Source: Candidatus Jorgensenbacteria bacterium (GTDB lineage Bacteria; Patescibacteriota; Minisyncoccia; UBA6257; GWB1-50-10). Taken from it: DNA of 64,000 nt. A program made the position numbers and the translations under genes. The DNA is taken from positions 48,383 through 112,382 of the forward strand of contig JAUSHK010000005.1 in NCBI GenBank assembly GCA_030648515.1, in the 5' to 3' direction. Below are positions 43,853 to 54,035 of the stretch, in pieces (the first letter of the stretch is position 1; every line of letters begins with the position of its first letter). The notes beneath the pieces were generated by a model. It had not been told where the DNA came from and did no database searches. It saw only the letters and a list, made by a program, of their open reading frames with translations.

Positions 43853-46027
43853 ATGAAACTCGTCATTGTAGAATCACCTACAAAAGCGAAAACCATTTCG
43901 CATTATTTGGATTCATCATTCAAAGTGATGGCGAGCGTAGGACATATTCGCGACTTGCCGAAAAAAAACAGCGGCGCAATTGATATCGCGCATGGCTTTG
44001 TTCCGCACTACGAAGTCGTAAAAGGGAAGGAAAAAATTGTCGCTGAAATCAAACAGCTTTCAAAGAAAGCGAGCGAAGTATATCTCACAACCGACCCTGA
44101 CCGCGAAGGCGAAGCAATAGCGTGGCACATCAAAGAAGCGTGCGGACTTAAAGATCCAAAACGCGCCGTCGTGCACGAAATCACAAAAGAGGCCGTTATG
44201 GAGGCGCTCGCGCACCCGAGGCACATAGACGAGGATTTACGGAAGGCACAGGAGGCGCGACGCGTGCTGGATAGATTATTTGGTTATGACTTAAGCGGTC
44301 TTATTTGGAAAAAAGTTCGTTACGGGCTTTCCGCCGGCCGCGTGCAATCTCCCGCGCTTCGGATTCTCATGGAGCGCGAGCGCGAGATCCGCGCTTTTGT
44401 GCCGGAAGATTTTTGGGTTATCACCGGCGAATTCAACACCGAGAAAAATTCAACGATTACACTTGTCTGCGATGAAACTCCCGCGAAGGAAACTGAGGCG
44501 GAACGGATTATCGCTGCTGCGAAGAAAAATCCGTGGCATGTCATTGAAGTAAAACAGACGGAAGCAAAACGCTCTCCGCGTCCCCCGTTTATTACATCAA
44601 CCTTACAACAGGCGGCGAGCTCCGAGCTTGGGTTCGCGCCGTCGCGGACGATGCGCATCGCCCAGCATCTTTTTGAAAACGGGTTGATAACCTATATGCG
44701 CACTGACAGCACGAACTTAAGCGCCGCGGCTCTTGCGGAAATTTACGGAGAAATTGAAAAGACGTACGGCAAACAGTATCTCTCGCCACGCGCGTATCAT
44801 ACGAAAAGCAAAACCGCGCAGGAAGCGCATGAAGCGATACGGCCAACAAGCGCGCGGAAGCGTCACGCTGGCAGCGGCGAAGCAGAACGGCTTTACAACA
44901 TGATCTTGGAGCGAACTGTCGCTTCGCAGATGGCTGATGCTAAAACTCTGCGTACAAAAATCTCCGCGAACATTATAGGCAAGGGTGATGCTATTCCAAA
45001 TTTTTCAGTAAACGGAAGCGTGATTGTTTTTCCCGGGTGGTTTGCCGCGGATCCCGGCGCTCGCGGGGAAGAAACTGAGTTGCCGAAGATTATGGAGAAC
45101 GATCCGCTTACGCTCAAAAATATAGCGAGCGAGGGAAAACAGACGGAACCGCCTGGTAGGTACACGGAGGCGGGGCTTATCAAGGAACTTGAGAAACGCG
45201 AGATCGGGCGGCCGAGCACGTACGCGTCCATAATTCAAACGCTTTTGACGCGCGCGTACGTTCTAAAAAATGGCAGAGCACTCCAGCCGACCGACGTCGG
45301 CGAGGTGGTTAGCACGTTTCTTGAAAAGAATTTTGAAAAATACATAAGCGACTCATTTACAGCTGATATGGAAAACAAGCTGGACCTTATCGCTGACGGC
45401 AAGGAAAATTATGTGACAACGCTTAAAAACTTCTACACGCCGTTTTCAAAAGACGTTGCCGCGAAGGCAAAAATAGAAAAGCTTACCACGCTCGGCGAAG
45501 CGGACAAGAAATTCAAATGTCCAGTCTGCGGTTCATCGATGGATATAAAACTCGGGCGGAGCGGAAAATTCCTGAGCTGCAGCCGGTTCCCAAAGTGCAA
45601 GGGCTCGCTAAAAATTGACGGGGCTCCGTTTGAAGAACCGAAAGAAACCGGCGAGATGTGCCCTGAGTGTAAAACCGGAAAACTCGTTGAGCGCGAAGGC
45701 AAGTTCGGAAAATTCATCGCGTGCAACAATTATCCGAAATGCAAATATATTAAAGAAGATCCGGCGGAGGTTGCAAAACGGAAAACCGGCGTCACGTGCC
45801 CGCTTTGTAAGGAAGGCGAGATTACCGAGCGCCGCGGACGATTCGGCTTTTTCTACAGCTGTTCAAATTATCCGAAATGCAAATTCGCTATGAAGGCGCG
45901 CCCGACAGGCAATATCTGTAAACTATGCGATTCTCTTATGATGGAAGGGACAAAAACAATTCCCGAACGTTGTTCTAATAAAGATTGTCCGAACCATAAT
46001 CCTCTTAAAGCCGCAAAGAGGAAATAA
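43853..46027 (+). CDS. topA: DNA topoisomerase I with C-terminal tandem zinc-ribbon domains
   Basis: TOPRIM start MKLVIVESPTKAK; catalytic-Tyr region TYMRTDST; several Cxx C...Cxx C ribbons in the C-terminal 200 aa. Confidence 0.9.
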   Translation: MKLVIVESPTKAKTISHYLDSSFKVMASVGHIRDLPKKNSGAIDIAHGFVPHYEVVKGKEKIVAEIKQLSKKASEVYLTTDPDREGEAIAWHIKEACGLKDPKRAVVHEITKEAVMEALAHPRHIDEDLRKAQEARRVLDRLFGYDLSGLIWKKVRYGLSAGRVQSPALRILMEREREIRAFVPEDFWVITGEFNTEKNSTITLVCDETPAKETEAERIIAAAKKNPWHVIEVKQTEAKRSPRPPFITSTLQQAASSELGFAPSRTMRIAQHLFENGLITYMRTDSTNLSAAALAEIYGEIEKTYGKQYLSPRAYHTKSKTAQEAHEAIRPTSARKRHAGSGEAERLYNMILERTVASQMADAKTLRTKISANIIGKGDAIPNFSVNGSVIVFPGWFAADPGARGEETELPKIMENDPLTLKNIASEGKQTEPPGRYTEAGLIKELEKREIGRPSTYASIIQTLLTRAYVLKNGRALQPTDVGEVVSTFLEKNFEKYISDSFTADMENKLDLIADGKENYVTTLKNFYTPFSKDVAAKAKIEKLTTLGEADKKFKCPVCGSSMDIKLGRSGKFLSCSRFPKCKGSLKIDGAPFEEPKETGEMCPECKTGKLVEREGKFGKFIACNNYPKCKYIKEDPAEVAKRKTGVTCPLCKEGEITERRGRFGFFYSCSNYPKCKFAMKARPTGNICKLCDSLMMEGTKTIPERCSNKDCPNHNPLKAAKRK

Positions 46028-46056
46028 AAACCGCCCCTTAAATTAACGGCGGTTTT
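46028..46056. terminator. Bidirectional rho-independent terminator between convergent topA and the Nudix gene
   Basis: AAAAACCGCC-CCTTAAATTAA-CGGCGGTTTTAT. Confidence 0.55.
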
Positions 46057-46528
46057 ATGTAAACTCAATTTTTTCCACATTACCAAGTGCGTCTTTGAAA
46101 AATACGTTCGCCCTTATTATTTCTCCTCTTAAGATTTTTGGCAGCCATTGAATATCATCGGGCCACATTTTCGCATATGGGATATCTTTTATCTTAAACC
46201 ACTGCGGCTTCATCTCATCGCTTTCCTGCAAAATACCTCTCCATTCGATTACTGTAAAAATGTGCACGCGCTGATTCCATTCCGGTTTTGTGAGGAAAAA
46301 AAAATTTATTACTCCTGCATTTCGGATACTGCCCGGTTCAATAATTATTCCAAACTCGTCCTTTCCCTCCCGGATTAAACAACCTTCTACTGTCTCTCCG
46401 TTTTCCAGTTTTCCACCGAACCCGTTCCAGTACCCTGCGCCGAAACCCCTTTTCTTGAGCCCGAGCGCTATTTCGTCACCAAAAATAAGAAAACCGAGCG
46501 AGCGCTCTGAACGAATGCTGAGATCCAT
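46055..46528 (-). CDS. Nudix hydrolase (MutT-like)
   Basis: Nudix box GGKLENGETVEGCLIREGKDEFGI. Start taken at internal Met (MDLSIRS); the track ORF extends to 46597. Confidence 0.65.
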   Translation of the reverse strand: MDLSIRSERSLGFLIFGDEIALGLKKRGFGAGYWNGFGGKLENGETVEGCLIREGKDEFGIIIEPGSIRNAGVINFFFLTKPEWNQRVHIFTVIEWRGILQESDEMKPQWFKIKDIPYAKMWPDDIQWLPKILRGEIIRANVFFKDALGNVEKIEFT

Positions 46529-46604
46529 AGTTTGCCCCCTTGTTAATTTGTGGTTATAACTACAGCTATATAACCACGGAAATCGTCCTGCGTCCAATTC
46601 TAAC

Positions 46605-47363
46605 CTATAGCGTCAAAATTTCCGGCTCTCCGTATGTGATAAGAACCGTGTGCTCAAAATGAGCCGTGAGCGAACCGTCTTGCGTTGCGAAGCTTTCGTC
46701 GTCGTTTTGAATAACGTCCGAAGAACCAGCGGAGAGCATCGGCTCAAGCGCGAGCACGAGGCCGGGTTTTAGAACAAGCCCTTCCCCTTTTCTCCCATAG
46801 TTATAAACAGTTGGGTCTTCGTGAACGGCAAAGCCGACACCGTGGCCTGTTAAGCCGCGAATCACTTTGAATCCGCGCCGTTTCGTTTCTTTTTCAATTT
46901 CAAATCCGATGTCTCCGATATGGTTTCCTGCACGGCATGCTTTAATAGCGTTTCTGAGCGCTTCTTCGGTTGCCCGAATAAGTTCCCGCGCTTCTCCTGT
47001 AATTTTTCCGATACCGACCGTAACTGCGGCGTCAGTGAAATAGCCGCGATAGTTTACGCCAAGATCTATCTTAAAAACGTCGCCGCTTTTCAAAATCCGC
47101 TTCGTTGGGATACCATGAACGACTGTTTCATTTAACGAGGCGCAGATTGCTGCCGGGAACGGCTTATCGCTTCCGTCTGGCATATAGCCCAAAAAGGCAG
47201 GTTTTGCGCCTGCCGCGCGGATAAGCTCCCGCGCTTTCATTTCCAGATCAATGAGAGCAACGCCCTCTTTAGCTAAATCTTTTAAGGCGCGTAATACTGA
47301 CGCTAAAATCTTTCCCGATACCCTGAGTCCCGCGATATCCTTTTCTTTTTTAATAGTGACCAT
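46605..47363 (-). CDS. map: Type I methionine aminopeptidase
   Basis: Pita-bread fold metal ligands: D...D (FKIDLGVNYRGYFTDAA), HGVGF, E...E. 252 aa. Confidence 0.85.
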   Translation of the reverse strand: MVTIKKEKDIAGLRVSGKILASVLRALKDLAKEGVALIDLEMKARELIRAAGAKPAFLGYMPDGSDKPFPAAICASLNETVVHGIPTKRILKSGDVFKIDLGVNYRGYFTDAAVTVGIGKITGEARELIRATEEALRNAIKACRAGNHIGDIGFEIEKETKRRGFKVIRGLTGHGVGFAVHEDPTVYNYGRKGEGLVLKPGLVLALEPMLSAGSSDVIQNDDESFATQDGSLTAHFEHTVLITYGEPEILTL

Positions 47364-47389
47364 AGTTCGACAAGCTCACTACAAACTAT

Positions 47390-48076
47390 CTAGCCGGTTA
47401 GTTTTAGGGCTTTTTTAACGGATTCAAACACTTTGTATGGTAACGGCTCCCCATTGATTTCACAAACCTTAAACCCATGTTTTTTCATTTCTTTTATAAC
47501 TGGGTATGAACGTTCGCGATATTCCTTAAGGCGAACTTTTATAACTTCGGGCTTGTCTAGTGTGCGTTTACGGAGCGGCCCAGAGCACAGAGAACACTGT
47601 TTTGCTTTCGCCGCTTCAAGTGCCTGCAGTCCGCAGACGGAACATATGAGTCGGCCAGTGTTTCTTTGAAGCGAGCTTTTGTCTGCGACATTAAGTCGAA
47701 TGACAATTACGTTCTTTTTTCCATACTTTCGCACCAATAGAGGGACAAGCCCCTCTTTTTGTTTGTCCCCAAATGCTTCATATACAGTCCTTAAGGAGCC
47801 GCTGAGAACTATATTATGGCCAGAGTCGGCTATCCCACTTATAATACCGTGCATAAATTTCAACACCCACGACGGGGACGATAAAATTCCGGCGTCAAAA
47901 AGTTTCTTCTCTTTCTGAAGTTCCGGACTTTTTTTCGCATCCGGGTCGCGTAATGCAGATTCTATGTAGCGACCCGAGTCTATATTGATAAATAAATACC
48001 TGCGCGCTAAAAGTTCAGCTTGCGTTCCTTTCCCCGAACCAGGCGGGCCAAATATCACAACGGCTTGTTTCTTCAT
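47390..48076 (-). CDS. adk: Adenylate kinase-like protein with Cys4 zinc-lid (divergent)
   Basis: P-loop VIFGPPGSGKGTQAELLA. LID Cys pairs CSVCG and CSLCSG. Operon position between secY and map. Confidence 0.65.
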   Translation of the reverse strand: MKKQAVVIFGPPGSGKGTQAELLARRYLFINIDSGRYIESALRDPDAKKSPELQKEKKLFDAGILSSPSWVLKFMHGIISGIADSGHNIVLSGSLRTVYEAFGDKQKEGLVPLLVRKYGKKNVIVIRLNVADKSSLQRNTGRLICSVCGLQALEAAKAKQCSLCSGPLRKRTLDKPEVIKVRLKEYRERSYPVIKEMKKHGFKVCEINGEPLPYKVFESVKKALKLTG

Positions 48077-48106
48077 GATGTGTTTTATTGTACCACGCCC
48101 TGGATT

Positions 48107-49378
48107 TTAGGAAATCGTGTCGTACTCGCGAACTGTGAGTTGAGAATCCACTTGCTTCATAATTTCAAGAGCGACTCCGACAACAATTAAAAGTGCTGCA
48201 CCGCCGACTGTGAATACCTCGAGGCCCGTAAGCATCTGCGTTATGTTTGGGAGAATTGCGATGATACCAAGAAAGATCGCGCCGAAAAACGTTGTCCTGC
48301 GCGTAATCGCAGCAATAACATCCGATGTGGACTGCCCGGGCCTGATTCCTGGGATAAACCCGCCGCTTTGCTGGAGATTTTTTGAAATTTCCTTCGGATC
48401 AAACGTGACCGCCGTGTAGAAATAAGTAAACAAGAACACGAGAACGAAATATATTCCGCTGTATAAAAACTGGTTATTGAAAATCGCCGTAACAATCTCG
48501 TTTAAGCGCAGCGATAGATTGCTTGAAAATACAGAGCTCGCCTGCGCGATAAATTGCGGGAAAAGCAAAATGGAAATTGCAAAGATAATCGGAATCATTC
48601 CGGCTTGGTTCACCTTGAGCGGAAGATATGTTGAAACGCCGCCGTACATTTTATTGCCGCGAACTTGCTTTGCGTATGTTACAGGAACTTTTCGCTCGCC
48701 TTCGTTTACGAAAACCGTCGCAGCTGTAACAATTACTCCCAACACTATAAATATGAGGTATGTCGGAAGCACTGATGGGTTGTAGTTTAAAAACGCGTTT
48801 GCGGCGGTACTGGGAATTGAACTTACAATTCCGGCAAGAATAAGAAGCGATATGCCGTTTCCGATGTTGTATTCAGAGATGAGCTCACCAATCCACATAA
48901 GGAGGAGACTGCCGGCCGTGATGATAATTACGTTTGCTGCGGTGTTAAAGAAGTCCAGACGCGTAACCACGCCCTGCGACATAAGGAGGTTTAAAAAACC
49001 GTATCCTTGGAGTAAAGCGATTGGAACCGTTATCCAGCGAGAATAGCGGTTGAATTTTGCACGGCCTTCTGCGCCCTCTTCGTAGTACGCTTTTTTAAGC
49101 GACGGGAAGATGATGGTCAAAAGCTGCATGATGATTGTTGAAGTAATATACGGGCCCAAGCCAAGCATTATAATGGAGAGGTTATTAAGCCCTCCGCCTG
49201 AGAAAATATTAAGAAAACCGAATAATTGGTTTGATGAGAGAAAGTCTTGGAGACGGATAGCATCAACTCCAGGAATTGGAATTGCCGCTAGAATCCGGAA
49301 CACAACAAGCCACATAATGACCATCAGGACTTTTCTACGCAGATCCGGGATTTTAAAGATTTTTAAGAATTTTTGCAT
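48107..49378 (-). CDS. secY: Preprotein translocase subunit SecY
   Basis: 10-TM profile and position after rplO. 423 aa. Confidence 0.85.
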   Translation of the reverse strand: MQKFLKIFKIPDLRRKVLMVIMWLVVFRILAAIPIPGVDAIRLQDFLSSNQLFGFLNIFSGGGLNNLSIIMLGLGPYITSTIIMQLLTIIFPSLKKAYYEEGAEGRAKFNRYSRWITVPIALLQGYGFLNLLMSQGVVTRLDFFNTAANVIIITAGSLLLMWIGELISEYNIGNGISLLILAGIVSSIPSTAANAFLNYNPSVLPTYLIFIVLGVIVTAATVFVNEGERKVPVTYAKQVRGNKMYGGVSTYLPLKVNQAGMIPIIFAISILLFPQFIAQASSVFSSNLSLRLNEIVTAIFNNQFLYSGIYFVLVFLFTYFYTAVTFDPKEISKNLQQSGGFIPGIRPGQSTSDVIAAITRRTTFFGAIFLGIIAILPNITQMLTGLEVFTVGGAALLIVVGVALEIMKQVDSQLTVREYDTIS

Positions 49379-49413
49379 GTGACTTTATTATAGACGCTTC
49401 CGCCAGCCAGTTT

Positions 49414-49836
49414 TTACTTTTTAACAGAGCCACCAGCCGCTTCAATTTGTTTTTTTGCGCTTTCAGACACACGAATACCTTTTATTGTGAATGCGCGACG
49501 CACTTCCCCGCCGCCTAAAAGCTTTATTGATATTGATATTTCTTTAATCAGCCCCGAAGCAAGGAGCGTTGCTTTTGTAACGTTCGTATCCTTCATTTTC
49601 CTTTCGAGTTCTCCAACACTAATAGCAATCGGCTTTACGTTTTGTATTTTGCGTTTCGAACCGCGAAGCTTCGGTAGTCGCATAATAAGGTCGCGTTCTG
49701 CTGGCCGAATCCGGTGGCCAGCGCGCGAACCCTGCCCTTTCTGGCCGCGCCCGGAATACGTTCCGCGTTTTCCACCGCGCCCAATGCGTTTTCTTCCCCT
49801 CTTTTTAGTTTGTGGAACAATTGTATGAAGTTGCAT
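49414..49836 (-). CDS. rplO: 50S ribosomal protein L15
   Basis: Gly/Arg-rich N-terminus (KRGRKRIGRGGKRGTYSGRGQKGQ) typical of uL15. Follows rpsE directly; no L30 gene between them. Confidence 0.85.
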   Translation of the reverse strand: MQLHTIVPQTKKRGRKRIGRGGKRGTYSGRGQKGQGSRAGHRIRPAERDLIMRLPKLRGSKRKIQNVKPIAISVGELERKMKDTNVTKATLLASGLIKEISISIKLLGGGEVRRAFTIKGIRVSESAKKQIEAAGGSVKK

Positions 49837-49839
49837 ATA

Positions 49840-50340
49840 TTAGATGTTTTCTGATTTTTCTACTGCCTGCGAACGCGGGGTAAGATCCATTTGTTTTAAT
49901 GCTTCTATAGTAGCAAGAGCGTTTGCGATTTTGTTTTTTGTCCTGCCTAAAATCTTTGCAGAAACATCGCGCACTCCTACAAGCTCAAGCACAGTGCGGC
50001 ACGAACCACCGGCAATAAGCCCGTGCCCCTTCTTCGCTGACTTGATCCGCACGTGCGCCGCGCCGTATTTTGCCTCAGTTTCATATGGAACTGTGCGTCC
50101 TTCAATAAGCGATATCATTACTATATTCTTCTCAGCTTGGCGGCGCGCTTTATCAACGGACGAGCTGAAGTCCAATCCCTTTGCAATACCAAGGCCAACG
50201 CGGCCCTTCTGATCGCCCAAAACAACGGTCGCGCGGAAGCTAAACCGCTTTCCGCCAGCCATAACGCGGGTTACCCGGCGCACTTCAAGCACCTTTTCCT
50301 TAAATTCGCTTTTCTGATTTTTCGAAAAAGTACGTCTCAT
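49840..50340 (-). CDS. rpsE: 30S ribosomal protein S5
   Basis: VRRVTRVMAGGKRFSFRATVVLGDQKGRVG dsRBD-like N-domain; S5 C-domain. Confidence 0.9.
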   Translation of the reverse strand: MRRTFSKNQKSEFKEKVLEVRRVTRVMAGGKRFSFRATVVLGDQKGRVGLGIAKGLDFSSSVDKARRQAEKNIVMISLIEGRTVPYETEAKYGAAHVRIKSAKKGHGLIAGGSCRTVLELVGVRDVSAKILGRTKNKIANALATIEALKQMDLTPRSQAVEKSENI

Positions 50341-50341
50341 A

Positions 50342-50701
50342 TTAAATCTTTAATCCTGCCTCCCGCGCGGCGTCTACGACTGCTTTTACCCTTCCATGAT
50401 AGCGGTATTTTCCGCGGTCGAGAACTGCTGTGTTTATGCCGGCTTTTTTAGCCTGTTCCGCGATGTGTTTTCCGATAACGCCGGCGCTTTCAATTTTCTT
50501 ACCCGCTTTTGCTCCTTTTTCTTTATGAGAAGAAGCCGCCGCAAGCGTTTTACCAGCTTCATCATCAATGAGCTGGGCGTACGTAAAGCGATTACTTCTA
50601 AAAATAGAAAGTCGCGGTTTTTCTTTTGTTCCGGAAATCCGCGCCCGCACGCGATGCGCGCGACGCGCACGTATTGCATTTTGTTTTTTTGCTTTATTCA
50701 T
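50342..50701 (-). CDS. rplR: 50S ribosomal protein L18
   Basis: RLSIFRSNRFTYAQLIDDEAGKTLAAAS pattern. Confidence 0.85.
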   Translation of the reverse strand: MNKAKKQNAIRARRAHRVRARISGTKEKPRLSIFRSNRFTYAQLIDDEAGKTLAAASSHKEKGAKAGKKIESAGVIGKHIAEQAKKAGINTAVLDRGKYRYHGRVKAVVDAAREAGLKI

Positions 50702-50714
50702 ACTGTTTTATTTA

Positions 50715-51272
50715 CTACGCTGCTTTGCCCGCGGTCGCCGCGGCTTTCTTGCCGGCCTTTCTCTGGATGACCTCGTCCGAGTAGCGAAATCCTTTTCCTT
50801 TGTATGGCTCCGGTTTTTTAAGCTCCCGTATTTCAGCTGCGACTTGTCCGACAAGCGCTTTGTCAAAACCGCTGATTTTTACGATTGAATTTTTTTCTAC
50901 TTCAAAACTAACTCCTTCCGGCTTTTTATATTTTACAGGGTGCGAAAATCCCAAGCTCATTGTAAGGTCTTCTCCCTCTTTTGTGACTTTAAAACCGACC
51001 CCCTCTAAAATGAGTTTCTTTTCAAACCCTTTCACAAGGCCCTCAACAGCGTTCGCGACAAGCGCGCGCACCGTTCCCCAATTGCTCCTTGTCTGTTTTG
51101 TGTCGTTTATGAGCTCAAACCGGATTGTGTTTCCCTCGCGAATAGAACGCACTCCGCGCAGAAGCGGAACTTCAAGCTTGCCTTTTGGGCCGTTCACAAC
51201 AATGTTATTTTCACTAACATCTAGGGTGACGCCTTCAGGGATTTCTATAATTTGTTTTCCTATTTTTGACAT
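50715..51272 (-). CDS. rplF: 50S ribosomal protein L6
   Basis: Two-domain uL6 pattern (SKIGKQIIEIPEGVTL ... GVGFKV ... LGFSHPV). Confidence 0.85.
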   Translation of the reverse strand: MSKIGKQIIEIPEGVTLDVSENNIVVNGPKGKLEVPLLRGVRSIREGNTIRFELINDTKQTRSNWGTVRALVANAVEGLVKGFEKKLILEGVGFKVTKEGEDLTMSLGFSHPVKYKKPEGVSFEVEKNSIVKISGFDKALVGQVAAEIRELKKPEPYKGKGFRYSDEVIQRKAGKKAAATAGKAA

Positions 51273-51281
51273 AGTAAATTT

Positions 51282-51653
51282 TTACCAGATTTCGCAAAGA
51301 AGCTCGCCTCCGACTTTTCCGCGCCGCGCCATTTCGCCCGTCATAATCCCTTTTGGCGTTGAGAGAATTATAATGCCGTGTCCGTGCTTTACTGGCTTCA
51401 TTGCCCGATAACCGCCGTAGCGTCGCACTGACGGTTTACTCAAGAATTTTATGCCTCGTATCGGGCTTTTTACATCACAGTCAACCTCAATGATTTTTTT
51501 AAATGATTTTCCCTTAACCTCCGCTTTCTTTAAAAATCCATGCGCGCAAAGAAGCTCGGCTATCGCGAGGTTCATTTTTGAATAGCGAACTTTGAGGGGC
51601 TTCTTTCCTGCCGCCTGCGCGTTTTTAATTTTGATTAAAAGGTCAATAAACAT
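51282..51653 (-). CDS. rpsH: 30S ribosomal protein S8
   Basis: IDLLIKIKNA ... GIIILSTPKGIMT. Start chosen at internal Met, 1 nt after the rpsZ stop; the track ORF runs to 51677. Confidence 0.85.
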   Translation of the reverse strand: MFIDLLIKIKNAQAAGKKPLKVRYSKMNLAIAELLCAHGFLKKAEVKGKSFKKIIEVDCDVKSPIRGIKFLSKPSVRRYGGYRAMKPVKHGHGIIILSTPKGIMTGEMARRGKVGGELLCEIW

Positions 51654-51654
51654 A

Positions 51655-51840
51655 TTACCAGGAAGATTTTTTAACACCCGGGATCATTCCGCGCGACGCA
51701 AGCTCGCGGAAACAAATGCGACACACGTTGAAATCGCGCATATAACCGCGTTTCCGCCCGCAACGAAAACACCGCCGGACGATCCGTGTCGTGTATTTCG
51801 GCGTTTTTCTTGCTCGTGCTTTTACTGATGTTTTTGCCAT
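51655..51840 (-). CDS. rpsZ: 30S ribosomal protein S14 type Z (zinc-binding, 61 aa)
   Basis: CxxC...CxxC ([23 protein letters not shown]). Confidence 0.9.
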   Translation of the reverse strand: MAKTSVKARARKTPKYTTRIVRRCFRCGRKRGYMRDFNVCRICFRELASRGMIPGVKKSSW

Positions 51841-51871
51841 ACAATACGATTTCCGCGTTTATTACAACGCT

Positions 51872-52375
51872 TTATTTCTTCAAGGGTACCCTAATCGACC
51901 GGTAAAAATCAATCGCCTTCACCCGATTGCGCACTTTTGGCACGCAGGTCACTTGGAGCCCGAACGGTATCCTCGACTTTTCCATGTTAATTTCCGGGAA
52001 CACATATTGGTCGTGAAACCCGATGTTTAGGTTGCCGTTTGTATCAACGTTTGAGAGTTCAAGCCCGCGGAAATCTTTCACGCGAGGAATGACTACGGCA
52101 ACGAGCTTCTTCAGAAAATCGTCCATGCGCGAACGCCGGATTGTCACCTGAAGCCCAATAATATCGCCCTCGCGGGTGCCAAATCCGGCAATTGATTTCT
52201 TTGCAACGCGATTTGCCGGTTTCTGGCCGGAGATAACTGCGATTTCTTTCGCAATCTCAGGCAAAACTTTTTCTTCAAAATTCGCCTGGCCCTTGAGACG
52301 CCCCAAACCTACGTTCACTACGATTTTCTCGAGGAAACGCCGCGCAGTATACTGTTGTTTTGTTATTTCTTTCAT
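51872..52375 (-). CDS. rplE: 50S ribosomal protein L5
   Basis: uL5 pattern (GLQVTIRRSRMDDFLKKLV ... NIGFHDQYVFPEI). Confidence 0.9.
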   Translation of the reverse strand: MKEITKQQYTARRFLEKIVVNVGLGRLKGQANFEEKVLPEIAKEIAVISGQKPANRVAKKSIAGFGTREGDIIGLQVTIRRSRMDDFLKKLVAVVIPRVKDFRGLELSNVDTNGNLNIGFHDQYVFPEINMEKSRIPFGLQVTCVPKVRNRVKAIDFYRSIRVPLKK

Positions 52376-52381
52376 ATGCGG

Positions 52382-52693
52382 TTATTTTTCAAGAATGTTT
52401 TTGCACTTTTTGCAGTAGCGCTTTTTTACGCCGTCCTTGACTTCGAAGCCGACGCGGACCGTTTTATTGCATGACGGACACACCAACTGGACGTTTGCGA
52501 TTGGAAGCGGGCGCGCGATTTCAACAATCTGGCCCTTCTCGCCCTGCTTGCGCGGCCGCACGTGTTTTTTAAAGCGATTCAATCCTTCAACCACGACCTT
52601 CATGGCGCTTACATCAACACGAAGTATTGGCCCCGTCTTTCCGCGGTCTTTTCCTTTCATTATTTTTACCGTGTCTCCTTTTCGTATGCGCAT
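52382..52693 (-). CDS. rplX: 50S ribosomal protein L24 (with C-terminal Cys4 zinc ribbon)
   Basis: KIRKGDTVKIMKGKDRGKTG KOW motif. C-terminal CPSC...CKKC. Confidence 0.85.
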   Translation of the reverse strand: MRIRKGDTVKIMKGKDRGKTGPILRVDVSAMKVVVEGLNRFKKHVRPRKQGEKGQIVEIARPLPIANVQLVCPSCNKTVRVGFEVKDGVKKRYCKKCKNILEK

Positions 52694-52711
52694 AGTAATA
52701 AGTTTGCTAAT

Positions 52712-53077
52712 TTAGACGAGTTCTTTCGCCAGCGATGCGATTGTTGTATATCCCTTTTCTTTTATTTCGCGCGGGATTGGACCGAAGATGCGGGTGCCGC
52801 GCGGCTCGCCTTTTTCAATTAATACAACGGCGTTGTCGTCAAATCGTATATATGAACCGTCAGACCTGCGAAGCTTGGCGCGATGGCGCACTACAAGCGC
52901 CCGCACAACATCTTTTTTCTTTACTTGTTTTCGCGGCTCCGCGGACTGCACTGAAGCGATGATAATATCCCCGATTTTTGCATATCGCTTTCGGTCGCCT
53001 CCCAAGACGCGAAAACAGCGAACGAGTTTCGCTCCGCTATTATCTGCAACTTTTACTACGCTGCGTTCTTGGATCAT
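52712..53077 (-). CDS. rplN: 50S ribosomal protein L14
   Basis: [17 protein letters not shown] ... [12 protein letters not shown]. Confidence 0.9.
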   Translation of the reverse strand: MIQERSVVKVADNSGAKLVRCFRVLGGDRKRYAKIGDIIIASVQSAEPRKQVKKKDVVRALVVRHRAKLRRSDGSYIRFDDNAVVLIEKGEPRGTRIFGPIPREIKEKGYTTIASLAKELV

Positions 53078-53125
53078 AAATAAATAGAAATTAGTAAATG
53101 GTAATTAGTAATTAGGAAAATTGGA

Positions 53126-53398
53126 TTACTTCGATTCGGATTTCTTTTCTTCCGGCTTTTCCAAAGCGCGTTTTATCAAGGCAACGATTTTCCACCGTTT
53201 CTCCTTTGAAAGCGGGCGCGTTTCCTGAATTGTAACTCGGTCACCGGATTTGTATTCGTTGTTTTCATCATGCGCTTTCATCCGCTCCGAAACTCGGTAA
53301 CGCTTTTCATAGCGCGGGTGACGCACGAGGCGCTCAACTAAAACGACGCGCGTTTTGTTCATTTTGTCCGATACTATGGTACCTTCGAGTTTTCTCAT
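53126..53398 (-). CDS. rpsQ: 30S ribosomal protein S17
   Basis: GTIVSDKMNKTRVVLVERLVRHPRYEKRY. Confidence 0.9.
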   Translation of the reverse strand: MRKLEGTIVSDKMNKTRVVLVERLVRHPRYEKRYRVSERMKAHDENNEYKSGDRVTIQETRPLSKEKRWKIVALIKRALEKPEEKKSESK

Positions 53399-53402
53399 AA
53401 AT

Positions 53403-53606
53403 TTAGAATCCTTTTCCTTCTGATTGCGCTATGGTATGCAATTGCGCGATTGTTTTTCGAACCTTTCGCGCTTCGCGTACATTCTTCGCCTTTCCAAGAG
53501 CAATATCAAATTTCAATTTATTCAGCGTCGCGTAGGCATCGCCGAGCTCCTTGCGGATTTCCGCAGCTGTTTTATTTTTCCACATTGTCATGTCTTTCTT
53601 TTTCAT
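53403..53606 (-). CDS. rpmC: 50S ribosomal protein L29
   Basis: 67-aa helical protein AAEIRKELGDAYATLNKLKFDIALGKAKNVREARKVRKTIA. Confidence 0.85.
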   Translation of the reverse strand: MKKKDMTMWKNKTAAEIRKELGDAYATLNKLKFDIALGKAKNVREARKVRKTIAQLHTIAQSEGKGF

Positions 53607-53610
53607 AATT

Positions 53611-54030
53611 TTATAAGTTAGCCGCAGATACGAATTTAGTTTTTATCGGCAATTTATGCCCGGCCTTTCTCAGCGCTTCCCGCGCAGCCACTTCGTCTAC
53701 GCCGCCGATTTCAAATAAGATGCGGCCTGGCTTCACTGGAAAAACATAGTGGTCAACCTCGCCTTTTCCACCTCCTAATGTCACCTCCGGAGGAAGCTTT
53801 GTCACTGGCTTATCAGGGAACACGCGTATCCAGACCCGCCCTTCGCGCTTAAGGGAGTGCGCGATTGTTTTCCGCGCAGCCTCGAGCTGGTTGCCCGTAA
53901 TCCATATCGCTTCAAGCGCCTGAAGGCCGAACTGGCCAAAACCAAGCGTCATGCCACGCGTTTCAACTAGACGCCTTCGGGAGCGCCCTTTCTGCTGTTT
54001 GCGATATTTTTGTTTCTTAGGTTGCAGCAT
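53611..54030 (-). CDS. rplP: 50S ribosomal protein L16
   Basis: MLQPKKQKYRKQQKGRSRR ... WIRVFPDKPVTKLPPEVTLGGGKG. Confidence 0.9.
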   Translation of the reverse strand: MLQPKKQKYRKQQKGRSRRRLVETRGMTLGFGQFGLQALEAIWITGNQLEAARKTIAHSLKREGRVWIRVFPDKPVTKLPPEVTLGGGKGEVDHYVFPVKPGRILFEIGGVDEVAAREALRKAGHKLPIKTKFVSAANL

Positions 54031-54035
54031 ATGTA

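Noticed and set aside
49487-53087. Numerous plus-strand ORFs of 60-200 aa inside the ribosomal operon (for example 49487..49828, 50053..50451, 50800..51411, 52788..53087)
   Set aside because: They lie antisense to, or in alternative frames of, unmistakable ribosomal protein genes on the minus strand. Their products are Arg/Ser/Pro-rich low-complexity artefacts of high-GC antisense reading.
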